IMG/VR virus record: IMGVR_UViG_3300020195_000009
Location: 222,006-286,005 of that record
Length of the DNA stretch: 64,000 nucleotides
Reading direction: 5' to 3' (one strand)
The notes under the pieces were generated by a model. The model ran no database searches and was not told the DNA's origin. It worked only from the letters and a program-made list of their open reading frames with translations. A program made the translations under genes and the position numbers. The number at the start of each line of letters is the position of its first letter. Position 1 is the stretch's first letter. Positions 9,609 through 19,103 of the stretch are shown here, piece by piece.

Positions 9609-10406
9609 TCATGGGATGAGATATTTGACCCAACCCGAATCCGTACGCTCAGCCAGCCCGAGCGTGATGAAAACCTCGTCCATCTTCAACTCTTGTGCGT
9701 AGAAGAAGCTGTATTTCTTCTTGCTCATCTCGACGTACAGTGTCCTGGCCTCCGTCTTGTCACCCGTCGCCGCCAAGGTGATGAACTTGTCCGCAAAGTC
9801 CTTCTTGATGGCCTCACGCTTGGCCGACAAGGCAGCCTGCTTCGCTTTGGTGGCCGCCACCTTATCGGCCTTTACCTGACGGGCTGCGGCCCGCTCAGCA
9901 GCTCGTACGTCCTTGGCCGCCTTCTCCTCGGCCATACGCTCCTCGATGGTGCGAATGGGGGCGAGTTTCCAAGCCAAGATACGATTCACCAGGCGGAGAA
10001 CTTCGGCCGTGAGCTGGCGAACCATGTACTTGACTTCGTGGGTGGCGCTCTCAAGCTGACGGGTCCAGGTCCAAAGCTCAGTAACGCCGCAGATGTACTC
10101 CGTGGTCTCGATGCTGTAGAAGGAGGCCTTCGACACCGAGAGGTGGGTCACGGCACCGGGGGTCTGGAGCTGAGTAAGGCGCTCCTGCTTGTGTACCAGC
10201 TCCTCTTCGACACTGACCAGATACGACCTCACCAGCTCGCAGGAAACCTCGTAGGGGTCCGCCTTGACGCCGTAGCAGTCACCGACGATCTCCCCGTGAC
10301 CCGGCCTCTTGTAGCCGTGGTGGACAAGCTTACCGTCGTGGAGCTTCTGCTCCTGCTCGCAAATCTGGCAGCAACCGAGGAACCGAGTCTTGAGGTTGGC
10401 GTCCAT
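9609..10406 (-). CDS. hypothetical protein with N-terminal CxxC/HHG..C putative zinc site
   Basis: CQIC..LVHHGY..GDC; ATG at +1 of class I promoter. Confidence 0.65.
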   Translation of the reverse strand: MDANLKTRFLGCCQICEQEQKLHDGKLVHHGYKRPGHGEIVGDCYGVKADPYEVSCELVRSYLVSVEEELVHKQERLTQLQTPGAVTHLSVSKASFYSIETTEYICGVTELWTWTRQLESATHEVKYMVRQLTAEVLRLVNRILAWKLAPIRTIEERMAEEKAAKDVRAAERAAARQVKADKVAATKAKQAALSAKREAIKKDFADKFITLAATGDKTEARTLYVEMSKKKYSFFYAQELKMDEVFITLGLAERTDSGWVKYLIP

Positions 10407-10442
10407 ACTGGAGGAACACAGGAGGAGGCCAAGGATTCAACC
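10407..10442 (-). promoter_or_regulatory. class I promoter, leaderless
   Basis: GGTTGAATC-N14-GTGTT-N8-ATG(10406). Confidence 0.75.
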
Positions 10443-10499
10443 CAAAAGATAAGAAATCGGAAACCTTCTGTTACTACAAGGAAATACAGAAATCGACAC

Positions 10500-10532
10500 G
10501 AGAGGGTTGATTCTGAGACCCCCTCCCGTGTT
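10500..10532 (+). repeat. 33-bp perfect direct repeat, copy 1 (class I promoter)
   Basis: GAGAGGGTTGATTCTGAGACCCCCTCCCGTGTT identical to 11983-12015. Confidence 0.9.
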
Positions 10533-10624
10533 TACCTAGCAACGAAGCTCTACTCGAAATCGCTACGGAACCTGTCAGATTCGGCAAGTCGGTGGCGTCC
10601 AACGGTGTACTAGGAGAGACCCCC

Positions 10625-11971
10625 ATGGCGAAGATTCAGCTCACGATCAAGACCGACTACCTCCCCAAGTGGGGCGCCTATGAGGGTGTGAGGGAGTTGG
10701 TCCAGAACGCCAAAGATGCCGAAGTCGAGCATTCGGCGCCCATGACCATCGACTGGTACAACGATACGCTCCGTATCGAGAACGAGGGGACGACGTTGCC
10801 TCTCAAGGCTCTCCTCCTGGGCCACACGACCAAGCTCGGGAACTCCGAGATGATCGGCAAGTTCGGAGAGGGTCTCAAGCTCGGGGTCCTGGCTCTCGTT
10901 CGAGCCGGCCACGATGTCAAGATTCGTAACGGTGAGGAGGTCTGGATCCCCACCATCGAGCGTGACGATCGCTTCGATGATAACGTCCTCACATTCAAGA
11001 TCGAAGGGGGCCGGGAGCAGCGAAACCGCGTCCGTATCGAGATCGGCGGCATCTCGAAAGAGGCTTGGGCAAAGATGAAGGATTGCTTCCTGTTCATCAA
11101 CAAGCCGAAGAAGAACGACTCGATCACGACCTACAATGGGTCGCTTCTCCTCGGTCCCGACTTCAAGGGTCGGATCTACGTGAAGGGCATCTTCGTCCAG
11201 ACCGACCCGGACGCCGCATTCGGCTACGATCTCAAGGAGGTCGAGCTGGACCGTGATCGCAAGATGGTCGAGTCGTGGAACCTCAAGTACCACACCCGCA
11301 AGGTCTTCCTAACCGCGATGAACAAGAAGGAAGAGCTGTTTGCACAGTTCACGGAGATGTTGACCACTCCGACGACGGAGACCGAGAGCATGGACGCCAG
11401 CTCGGTTACCTACGACATCACGAAGGAAGTCGCCGACAAGGTGGCCGACCATTTCCGCAAGGTCCACGGGCCGGACGCTGTCCCGGTCGCCAGCCTTGCA
11501 GACAGCAAGGACATCGAGCACTTCGGTAAGAAGGGGATCGTTGTCTCCAAGCCCCTCGGGGCCGTCCTCGCCAAGTCCCTCGGTGATGCCCTCACCGTCA
11601 AGGAGAACCTCAAGAAGGAGACCCTCAAACTCTATAGCTGGAGCGACCTTACCGAGATCGAACAGTCGGTCATCACAGGCGCCGTCGCCATGATCAACGA
11701 AGTCGAAACCTTCCGGTTGGACGACATCGACGTCGTGGACTTCCGCTCGGTTACGATGGACGGCCAGTTCAAGGACAGCCGAGTCCTCATCGCCAAGAAG
11801 CACTTGGCCAGCGCTGACGAGACCCTCAAGGTTCTTGTCCACGAAGTCGCACATCGCCTCGGGTCCGATGGCTCCAAGAGTCACGTCCAGGCCATCGAGG
11901 AGCTTTGGACGGGGATCGTCCGTAACCTCAGGAATCACCTGGGGGATCGGCTGTCTCGAATCGCCAACTGA
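10625..11971 (+). CDS. GHKL (Hsp90/MORC-like) ATPase fused to a C-terminal HExxH metallopeptidase-like domain
   Basis: RELVQNAKDA (N box), GKFGEGLK (G box), VLVHEVAH; GGAGA RBS. Confidence 0.75.
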   Translation: MAKIQLTIKTDYLPKWGAYEGVRELVQNAKDAEVEHSAPMTIDWYNDTLRIENEGTTLPLKALLLGHTTKLGNSEMIGKFGEGLKLGVLALVRAGHDVKIRNGEEVWIPTIERDDRFDDNVLTFKIEGGREQRNRVRIEIGGISKEAWAKMKDCFLFINKPKKNDSITTYNGSLLLGPDFKGRIYVKGIFVQTDPDAAFGYDLKEVELDRDRKMVESWNLKYHTRKVFLTAMNKKEELFAQFTEMLTTPTTETESMDASSVTYDITKEVADKVADHFRKVHGPDAVPVASLADSKDIEHFGKKGIVVSKPLGAVLAKSLGDALTVKENLKKETLKLYSWSDLTEIEQSVITGAVAMINEVETFRLDDIDVVDFRSVTMDGQFKDSRVLIAKKHLASADETLKVLVHEVAHRLGSDGSKSHVQAIEELWTGIVRNLRNHLGDRLSRIAN

Positions 11972-11982
11972 AAATTCAACGG

Positions 11983-12023
11983 GAGAGGGTTGATTCTGAG
12001 ACCCCCTCCCGTGTTCCCTCAAC
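11983..12023 (+). promoter_or_regulatory. class I promoter / 33-bp repeat copy 2, leaderless
   Basis: GGTTGATTC-N14-GTGTT-N8-ATG(12024). Confidence 0.8.
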
Positions 12024-12236
12024 ATGGACACCCAGACGATGATCACGCGCAACCAGGACGGCTCGCTCCCCCTCGTGCGACTCTCGCCCGAGACTTCGGG
12101 CGACTGCCCTTGCGGGTGCGGCGACGCCGCCTTCGCCTTCGGTATGGACGGCTTCGACGGCTACGTGGATGCGGCTCCCGCGTGCGCGCAGGACGCCGGG
12201 GAAGAGGCGCTCTTGTCCTCGGTGGAGTTCCCGTGA
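12024..12236 (+). CDS. small Cys-containing hypothetical protein
   Basis: ATG at +1; CPCGC motif. Confidence 0.55.
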   Translation: MDTQTMITRNQDGSLPLVRLSPETSGDCPCGCGDAAFAFGMDGFDGYVDAAPACAQDAGEEALLSSVEFP

Positions 12237-12562
12237 GCAACTGCGTCGTCACTCGTCGCGAGGCTCTCGAAAACTTCGTGAAGCTCGCTCAGGCTCTCGT
12301 CGACAACCACATGTCGTCCACCTTTGCGCTCAACAGGCGCAAGGTGCTCACGGTGGAATCGGGTCGTCGATACGCCCGCATCGTCATCCAGAGCGAAGGT
12401 GACGTTCTATCCCGCTCTGCTTTCTGTTTCGTCGACATGACGAACGGTGACGTGCTCAAGCCTGAGGGCTGGAAGAAGCCGGCCAAGCACGCACGTGGGA
12501 GCATTTTCGCTTCCAACCCGGTCGAGGGTATCGGCCCCTACGGCGCCCTGAGTCTCAAATGA
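12233..12562 (+). CDS. conserved phage hypothetical protein
   Basis: GTG overlaps upstream stop; GRRYARI..FVD..GDVLKP..WKKPAKHARG motif that I recognise from large phages. Confidence 0.6.
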   Translation: MSNCVVTRREALENFVKLAQALVDNHMSSTFALNRRKVLTVESGRRYARIVIQSEGDVLSRSAFCFVDMTNGDVLKPEGWKKPAKHARGSIFASNPVEGIGPYGALSLK

Positions 12563-12712
12563 AACGCTGCACTAGGTGTGGGAAAAAAGATGCGAAGGTC
12601 ACGGTTACGAACCGTGACTGCGCCGATGTCGTTCATTGGTGGCACTCCAAGTGCTGGGCTCAGATGAAGGCGTGGTTGGCTTGCAAGCCGATCCCAAAAT
12701 AAAACACTCCCT

Positions 12713-12748
12713 GGTTGATTCCCCAAGCCCCTCACGTGTTCTTTCAAC
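12713..12748 (+). promoter_or_regulatory. class I promoter, leaderless
   Basis: GGTTGATTC-N14-GTGTT-N8-ATG(12749). Confidence 0.8.
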
Positions 12749-13099
12749 ATGAGTCACCGAACCTCCAGTGTCAGTATCACCTTCCACGTTGAACGAGACG
12801 GGGTAGAGGTCGATCTTCGGATTGCCGGTCGGTACACCCCCGGCCTTGAAGGACGGACCTTCGGCCCCCCCGAGAACTGCTACCCCTCGGAGCCCGCTGA
12901 GGCCGAGATTGAGGCCCTCTGGATGGGTGGCCACCCTTGGGCCGGTACGCTGACGGACGAGGAAGAGGAAGCCGTCATCGAGGCCCTCATCGCTTCGGCT
13001 GAGGAGTCCATCTCGGACGGCCCGGACCCGGACGACGACTACGACTCACGGTGCGACCGTGATGACGACTACCGCGAAGACTCCCGAGAGGACTACTGA
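12749..13099 (+). CDS. acidic phage hypothetical protein
   Basis: GPPENCYP motif, D/E-rich tail; ATG at +1. Confidence 0.6.
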   Translation: MSHRTSSVSITFHVERDGVEVDLRIAGRYTPGLEGRTFGPPENCYPSEPAEAEIEALWMGGHPWAGTLTDEEEEAVIEALIASAEESISDGPDPDDDYDSRCDRDDDYREDSREDY

Positions 13100-13100
13100 G

Positions 13101-14576
13101 ATGGACTGGTTCACCGTAGATAAGGCCGGGCTCGCCAAGCTCTTGGACAAGAAGGGCAAGGCCTTCGCTGTCTTCGAGCTGATTCAGAACGGCTGGGATA
13201 CCTCAGCGAAGAACGTTCAAGTGACCATCACTCCGGTCCCAGGGAAGGCCCGCGTCACCCTCAAGGTCGAGGATGATGACCCGGAAGGCTTCAAAAACCT
13301 CACCCACGCTTTCACTCTCTTTGCCGAGAGTGAGAAGAAAGGCGATCCCTCCAAGCGAGGTCGATTCAATCTCGGGGAGAAACTCGTCCTGGCTCTCTGC
13401 GATGAAGCCTCCGTGATCTCCACGAAGGGCTCCGTGGTCTTCGACGCTGAGGGCCGCCACGAGTCCCGTAGGAGGCGGGACACGGGCTCCGTGTTTCAAG
13501 GGGTCATGCGGATGACCCGCGAGGAGCTGGCCGAAGTCGAGGCCGCCGTCCAACGACTCATTCCGCCGATCGGGTGTGGGACGGTCTTTAACGGAACGGC
13601 CCTCCCCTCACGGGAGATCCTCCGTAAGTTCGAGGCCACCCTCCCCACGGACATCAGTGATGAAGAGGGTTACCTTCGTCGGACCCAGCGTAAGACCGAG
13701 GTGACCGTTCATGAGGTCAAAGCCGGCGAGACCGCCACCCTCTACGAGATGGGGATCCCTGTTGTAGAGCTGTCCGGGGGTGAGCCGTGGCATGTGAACG
13801 TCCACCAAAAGATCCCCTTGAACGTGGACCGAGATAACGTCACCCCGGCGTATCTCCAGACGATCCGGGTCCTCCTCGCCAACGAGATGAGCGGCGCCAT
13901 CACGAAGGAAGGCGCCGATCAGGTATGGGTCAACGCTGCCACGGAGGATGAGCGTATCGACTCCCTCGCCGTGGAGAAAGTGCTTGATCATCGCTTCGGG
14001 AAGAAGCGAGCGATCTTTGACGCCAGTGATCCCGAGGCCAACAAGCAGCTCATGAACGAAGGCTTTTCCATCATCCACGGAGGCTCCCTCTCGAAGGGCC
14101 AGTGGAACAACGTGAGGGACGCCGGGCTGGCCATCCCCTCTGGTCAGCTCCGTCCGAGCGGGGTTCAATACGACCCTGACGGGGACCCCGAGAAGATCAT
14201 CCCCGAGTCGGACTACACGTCCGGGATGAGAGAGATCGTAGACTTGTCTAAGGCGCTTGCCAGACTCCTCATCGGTAAAGAGATCGGCGTCAAGCTCGTC
14301 AACGAGCCCATCGCCCTCCCTCATGCTGCATGGTACGGCCATGGCGTCCTCGCCTTCAACATCGGCCGGCTAGGTAAGGCCTGGTTTCACGATGGCATCC
14401 ACCCGAAGCACGTTGAGCTGATCCTCCACGAACTGGCTCACGATCGGGTGAAGGATCATCTTACGTGTGAGTTTGCCGATGAGGTCGGCCGGCTCGGAGT
14501 GAAGCTCGTTCGTCTCGCCCTTGCTGATCCTGGGTTCTTCAAGACCCACAACGTGTTCACTCTGTCGCCCCACTGA
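13101..14576 (+). CDS. GHKL ATPase with C-terminal HExxH domain (second copy of this architecture)
   Basis: FELIQNGWD, VEDDDPEG, GRFNLGEK, ILHELAHD. Confidence 0.75.
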   Translation: MDWFTVDKAGLAKLLDKKGKAFAVFELIQNGWDTSAKNVQVTITPVPGKARVTLKVEDDDPEGFKNLTHAFTLFAESEKKGDPSKRGRFNLGEKLVLALCDEASVISTKGSVVFDAEGRHESRRRRDTGSVFQGVMRMTREELAEVEAAVQRLIPPIGCGTVFNGTALPSREILRKFEATLPTDISDEEGYLRRTQRKTEVTVHEVKAGETATLYEMGIPVVELSGGEPWHVNVHQKIPLNVDRDNVTPAYLQTIRVLLANEMSGAITKEGADQVWVNAATEDERIDSLAVEKVLDHRFGKKRAIFDASDPEANKQLMNEGFSIIHGGSLSKGQWNNVRDAGLAIPSGQLRPSGVQYDPDGDPEKIIPESDYTSGMREIVDLSKALARLLIGKEIGVKLVNEPIALPHAAWYGHGVLAFNIGRLGKAWFHDGIHPKHVELILHELAHDRVKDHLTCEFADEVGRLGVKLVRLALADPGFFKTHNVFTLSPH

Positions 14577-14578
14577 TC

Positions 14579-15694
14579 ATGAAGAAAAGGGACATCCAGG
14601 CGAAGGCTACGATCAAGGTCGGACGAGACGGAAGCGTTTCCGTCTCGTCACCGGATGTCGTTGACCCCCGCGTGCTCATGAAGCTCGGGATGACCGAGAT
14701 GTCCCGGCGTAAGTTCGCTCAGGTCGCCCCCAAGGCTTTCGGGTTCACCCCCGACGTAGCGGACAAGGACGACCTCATGCGGCTCGGGGAGGTTCTCCGA
14801 AAGGAGACCTACCAGCACGGTGGGGATGAGGTTGCCGCCCCGAAGCTTCTTGAATGGGCGAAAGCTCAGGGTGAAGACTTCATGGATTTGTTCCAGGTTG
14901 AACAGAACGCGATCGTCTACTTCGCCGCCGCCCGGTGGGCCGATCAAGCCTTCCCCGTCGTGACGATGGGAGAACGGTTCTGCGCTGCCCTCATGGCAAC
15001 GAAGATCCCGGAGGAGATGCTCGAAGAGATCGAGGCCCCCTGGCATGCGTTCATGATCGAAGTCCCCGGCAACATGCTGAGTGTCTTCGACCCGGACTCC
15101 ATGCGCCGGACAAGCATCGTCCGGATCTTCGTTCACAAGACGATCGATGTCGATGAGCCGTGGCGCTGGGTCGCGATGGGTAAAGATGGCCAGCACGTCT
15201 GGCGCATGGGGTCCTCTTTGAACCTCGTCACTCCAGTCCAATTCCGGAAGCGCGAGACGGTCCCTTACGAGGTCAACAGCGACGACTGGGAAAACGACCT
15301 TCACCGGGACGAGCGGCTCTACGTTCTCGTAGGTCGCCTCATCCTCAACGCCTGTTTGGTCCTTGCCGACCCAGATCAAGTGAAGCCGCTGGGGTCAAGC
15401 CACAAGCGCCACGAGGCCAACAAGGCCCGCCGACCCGGCCCCCCGGAGCAACGCGTTTTCCAGATCGGTCGACCCATCAACCTGGATTGCCGGGATGCCA
15501 TCCGGGAATACGTAGAGGGGGAGCGCTCTGGACACGAGTTGAAAATTCAGGCGCTCATCCGAGGCTACTGGCGCCGGCAACCCTACGGGCCGAAACTCGC
15601 CTTCCGCCGTAGGCAGTGGATTCAACCCTATTGGAGAGGCCCCGAAGACGCCCCCATTCTCATTCGCCCTCACATGATCCCAGAGGACACATGA
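14579..15694 (+). CDS. phage protein with C-terminal RG(H/Y)WR..PYWRGP motif
   Basis: IRGYWRRQPYGP..WIQPYWRGP. Confidence 0.6.
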   Translation: MKKRDIQAKATIKVGRDGSVSVSSPDVVDPRVLMKLGMTEMSRRKFAQVAPKAFGFTPDVADKDDLMRLGEVLRKETYQHGGDEVAAPKLLEWAKAQGEDFMDLFQVEQNAIVYFAAARWADQAFPVVTMGERFCAALMATKIPEEMLEEIEAPWHAFMIEVPGNMLSVFDPDSMRRTSIVRIFVHKTIDVDEPWRWVAMGKDGQHVWRMGSSLNLVTPVQFRKRETVPYEVNSDDWENDLHRDERLYVLVGRLILNACLVLADPDQVKPLGSSHKRHEANKARRPGPPEQRVFQIGRPINLDCRDAIREYVEGERSGHELKIQALIRGYWRRQPYGPKLAFRRRQWIQPYWRGPEDAPILIRPHMIPEDT

Positions 15695-15881
15695 AATACA
15701 TTGAACCGAAGTGGGTAGAAGAGAAGATGATGGTCATCGCACCTTTCGATGGGGCTACGGGTGTCCGGTGTTCTGTCATCGTGGCAACCGGCAAGCACGC
15801 AAGAGTCCTCAACGCCAAGCGGAACATCGACCGCTGGTTCCCCCTTACCGACCTTCGAGTCCCCGAAGGAGATCCTCACGC

Positions 15882-16376
15882 ATGAAAGCCAAGCGCCGAG
15901 ACGAGCCCGTCTACAACAAGAAGGAGCGGGAGGAAATCCTCGCCTCCATGGAGAAGGTCCGAACCGCCTTCTACTACCAAGCTGTCCAAACCAAGTGCCA
16001 CCCGTTCATCGAGTTCTGCGGGGTCATGGGGGAGTACGTTACCGTTTGCCGAGAGGCTCACAAGAACGGGATCGACTTCACCCAGGCGAATACTCACTCG
16101 GGACAGGCCCTCCCCATCCAGACCTTCCACGCCAATTACCTGGCGGAGAAGCTTAATTGCATCTACGGGCCGAGCCTCATCCAAGACGAGGCCGTTCGAG
16201 ATGCCTTCATCTCCAGGCTTTTCGACGGACAGTTCAAGCTAGTTCCCGTTGTCGAGAAGAGCGAGTTGGCTGAAAAGGCGGAACGACTCCGGGATCCTAA
16301 CTACGGGTCGATGTCCGGGGAAGAGCAGTGGGCAGACGACAAAGCAAACGGCCTTCTCGATTGGGACGGCCGCTAG
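15882..16376 (+). CDS. conserved hypothetical protein
   Basis: HPFIEFCG..YLAEKL.CIYG block. Confidence 0.55.
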   Translation: MKAKRRDEPVYNKKEREEILASMEKVRTAFYYQAVQTKCHPFIEFCGVMGEYVTVCREAHKNGIDFTQANTHSGQALPIQTFHANYLAEKLNCIYGPSLIQDEAVRDAFISRLFDGQFKLVPVVEKSELAEKAERLRDPNYGSMSGEEQWADDKANGLLDWDGR

Positions 16377-16409
16377 CGTTCACCCCAAACCCGGTGTAGA
16401 GTTCATACA

Positions 16410-16488
16410 CGGGTAAGCCGAGACCTGTCGCCCCACCTCCCCCACACCCCCCTGTGAATGGTTTGGCTGGCGACAGGTTTCGGATCCC
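16410..16488 (+). ncRNA. candidate small RNA or leader: 15-bp stem with C-rich loop
   Basis: CCGAGACCTGTCGCC (16418-32) pairs with GGCGACAGGTTTCGG (16469-83); class II motif at 16391. Confidence 0.5.
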
Positions 16489-16722
16489 TCTCCCCCCATG
16501 CAACAGATCCCCGACTTCCTGATCCCGACAGAAGAGCAGGTTCGTAAGGACCTGGCTTACTACCATGCGAAGGTGGTGTTCTGTTTCCAACGGATGCCAC
16601 GGGACCGGGCTACGACGGCTACCGAACGAACGCGGAAGCTCATCCGCCTCATTAAGAAGACTGCCTTTCTAGCTGGGATGGACATTCGGTAGCGAGTCTT
16701 TCGTTACGGTGTCATCAGGTGC

Positions 16723-17649
16723 ATGATCATCCCAGCTCCATTAGTCGGGGAGGGTGTTGGGGATGCTCTTGGTATGGCCTTCGAGACTAAGAAGGCCGAC
16801 CACGAGGAGCTACTCCAGTGGGACGGGGAAACGTACCATGGTAGCGAGTACCATGGGTTGAGCCCCGGCCAGTGGACCGATGACACGATGATGGCGAAGC
16901 TCATCGCCGAGAGCCTCGTCACGTGCGGTGGTTACTACCCCCGTGATGTAGCGGACCGCTACCGAACCTGGTACCGAAGCGATGACCACCGAGGGATGGG
17001 GAAGACAACCAAAGCGGCCCTCCTGAACCTAGACAACGGGATCCCTTGGGACCGGAGCGGCATCAATGGAGCTGAGGGGAACGGGACCGCCATGCGGATC
17101 GCCCCACTCGGGTTCTTCTTCCATGAAGACCTGGTGACCACCCGCCAGTTTGCGCAGATCGATGCTCGCATCACCCACTGCTCGAAGGAAGCCGAGATGG
17201 GCTCCATCGCTGTAGGGTTGGCTGTCGCCTTGCTCGTTGAAGGGGTTACCTTCGAGATCCTCACGGAACGGGTCCTTGAAAACCTAGAAGACTGCCAGGT
17301 GAAGCAAGGCCTTAAAAAGGTCTCTTTCTATCAGAGGCAGCCAGACTTCCCCGTACGAGATGCCTTGAGGGTGATCGGAACCCACGCTCACGTTACCCAG
17401 ACGGTACCCGCAGCCTTTGCCGCTTTCGTCCTAACCAAGTCCTTTGAGGAGGCGGTTCAAGCCGCGATTCGGGCTGGCGGAGACACTGACACGACGGCCG
17501 CCATTACGGGGGCGCTTGCGGGAACCCACTACGGGTTGGATGCTATCCCCATCGCTTGGCGGAAGGGTTTGGAGGACTTCGACCACCTCCACCGGCTTGA
17601 GTTGAAGATCGCTGGCGGCCCGAGAAGCAGCGCCATCTGGCTCCGCTAA
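16723..17649 (+). CDS. ADP-ribosylglycohydrolase (DraG/ARH family)
   Basis: GDALG, WTDDT, GNGTAMR, ITH, GGDTDT motifs. Confidence 0.9.
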   Translation: MIIPAPLVGEGVGDALGMAFETKKADHEELLQWDGETYHGSEYHGLSPGQWTDDTMMAKLIAESLVTCGGYYPRDVADRYRTWYRSDDHRGMGKTTKAALLNLDNGIPWDRSGINGAEGNGTAMRIAPLGFFFHEDLVTTRQFAQIDARITHCSKEAEMGSIAVGLAVALLVEGVTFEILTERVLENLEDCQVKQGLKKVSFYQRQPDFPVRDALRVIGTHAHVTQTVPAAFAAFVLTKSFEEAVQAAIRAGGDTDTTAAITGALAGTHYGLDAIPIAWRKGLEDFDHLHRLELKIAGGPRSSAIWLR

Positions 17650-17880
17650 GATACGCTCGAACCTGGTCTTGTAGGGCTCGGGTGGGGGTGGCACAAAGTA
17701 GACGTAACCTCGACGGGGGCCGCCATTCGGCTCTCGTGCGACAGCTCCAGTGTTGTTGAAGGCGCACAAGGTCGAAGCGACCGATGAGGTCTTGGCTTGA
17801 AGAGCGTGTGATATTTCCGTAGCGCTCTTGCCAGGGTTCCCCCGGACGTAGTTCAAGATCCTGTCTTTGAGCATCTCCAT
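17431..17880 (-). CDS. winged-helix protein carrying KTRFERI; tail runs antisense into the ARH gene
   Basis: ILNYVRGNPGKSATEIS..GYVYF wHTH-like pattern; ATG abuts the tRNA 3' end. Confidence 0.55.
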   Translation of the reverse strand: MEMLKDRILNYVRGNPGKSATEISHALQAKTSSVASTLCAFNNTGAVAREPNGGPRRGYVYFVPPPPEPYKTRFERILAEPDGAASRAASDLQLKPVEVVEVLQTLPPSDGDSIQPVVGSRKRPRNGGRRVSVSASPNRGLNRLLKGLG

Positions 17881-17957
17881 GGTGGTCCCGACGGGATTTG
17901 AACCCGCACCCCGCGAATTTAGAATTCGCTGCTTCAAACCATTTGAGCTTCAGGACC
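17880..17957 (-). tRNA. amber suppressor tRNA (anticodon CUA)
   Basis: Acceptor GGTCCTG/CGGGACC, anticodon arm GCGAA-TT[CTA]AA-TTCGC, T arm GCGGG-TTCAAAT-CCCGT, ends ACCA; atypical A8 and D arm. Confidence 0.8.
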
Positions 17958-18047
17958 GTGCTGCCTAGGGCTGCCTAGGGTCTACACCGCGAAATGTCAC
18001 GGGTGGTGACTAAGGGTTTCCCTTATGGGGTGGTGTACACCAACCCG

Positions 18048-19070
18048 ATGCGTATTGAGATCCCTACCCCCGATGACCTCCACGTCCATCTTAGACAAGA
18101 CTGGATGCTGGAGCACACGGTCGAACAATCCGCCCTCCACTTCGGCCGGGCTCTCGTAATGCCCAACCTCACCCCACCTGTCAAGACGGGGGCGGATGTC
18201 GAGAAGTACCGTTCGGACATCCTCGCTTGGAGACGATTCAGCAAGAAGCCGTTCGAGCCTCTCATGACGATCAAGCTCATGCCGGACACAACGCCGGAAA
18301 TCATCAAAGAGGCCTTTACTGCTGGGGCAGTCGCGGGCAAATTGTATCCCGAAGGCGTCACCACAAACTCTGAGGACGGGATCTCGTTCCAAGGCATCTA
18401 CGAGATGAACGCAGTCTTCAAGGCGATGGAAGACGTAGGAATGGTACTGAGCCTTCACGGCGAGAAGCCCGGTGCCTTTTGCATGGATCGAGAGGAAGCG
18501 TTCCTCAACACTCTCGGGACTATCGCTCATGCTTTCCCAAAGCTCCGCATCGTTATGGAGCACATCACGCACCAGAATACGGTGAAGACAGTGAAGGCGC
18601 TTCCCACCAACGTAGCGGCAACCATCACGGTTCACCATCTGGTCCTCAGCCTCGATGATGTCATCGGAGGCTCGCTTCAACCCCACAATTTCTGCAAGCC
18701 GATCGCAAAAAGCCCCGAGGACCGAGAAGTCCTTCGTGATGCAGCTATCAGTGGCAACCCCAAGTTCTTCTTGGGGACGGACTCGGCACCCCACCTCAAA
18801 GAGAAGAAAGAGTCCGCCTCCGGGTGTTCGGGGGTCTACACGGCACCGATAGCGATGCCCATCCTTGCTCACATCTTCGAGGAAATGGAAGCTCTCGACA
18901 AACTAGCCAACTTCACCTCGAAGTTCGGTGCTGACTTCTACGGGCTGCCCGCTCCGAAAGGGACTCTCGTTCTTGAAAAGGGCGAGCCCTGGGAGATTCC
19001 AAAGAGCTACCACGATGTTGTACCCCTTTGGGCGGGACGTTCAATCGAGTGGAGAGCCGAGCGTCTGTAA
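18048..19070 (+). CDS. pyrC: dihydroorotase (E. coli-type)
   Basis: PDDLHVHLR, VMPNL.PP, KLYPEG.TTNS, LHGE, EHIT, FCKPIAK, FLGTDSAPH. Confidence 0.92.
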   Translation: MRIEIPTPDDLHVHLRQDWMLEHTVEQSALHFGRALVMPNLTPPVKTGADVEKYRSDILAWRRFSKKPFEPLMTIKLMPDTTPEIIKEAFTAGAVAGKLYPEGVTTNSEDGISFQGIYEMNAVFKAMEDVGMVLSLHGEKPGAFCMDREEAFLNTLGTIAHAFPKLRIVMEHITHQNTVKTVKALPTNVAATITVHHLVLSLDDVIGGSLQPHNFCKPIAKSPEDREVLRDAAISGNPKFFLGTDSAPHLKEKKESASGCSGVYTAPIAMPILAHIFEEMEALDKLANFTSKFGADFYGLPAPKGTLVLEKGEPWEIPKSYHDVVPLWAGRSIEWRAERL

Positions 19071-19103
19071 ACAGATTCTCCACAGCCTGTGGATAGAACG
19101 GGG

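Noticed and set aside
9195-10613. Long ORFs such as 9195..10613, 42816..43904 and 17997..18872
   Set aside because: Antisense shadows of well-supported genes in GC-rich DNA
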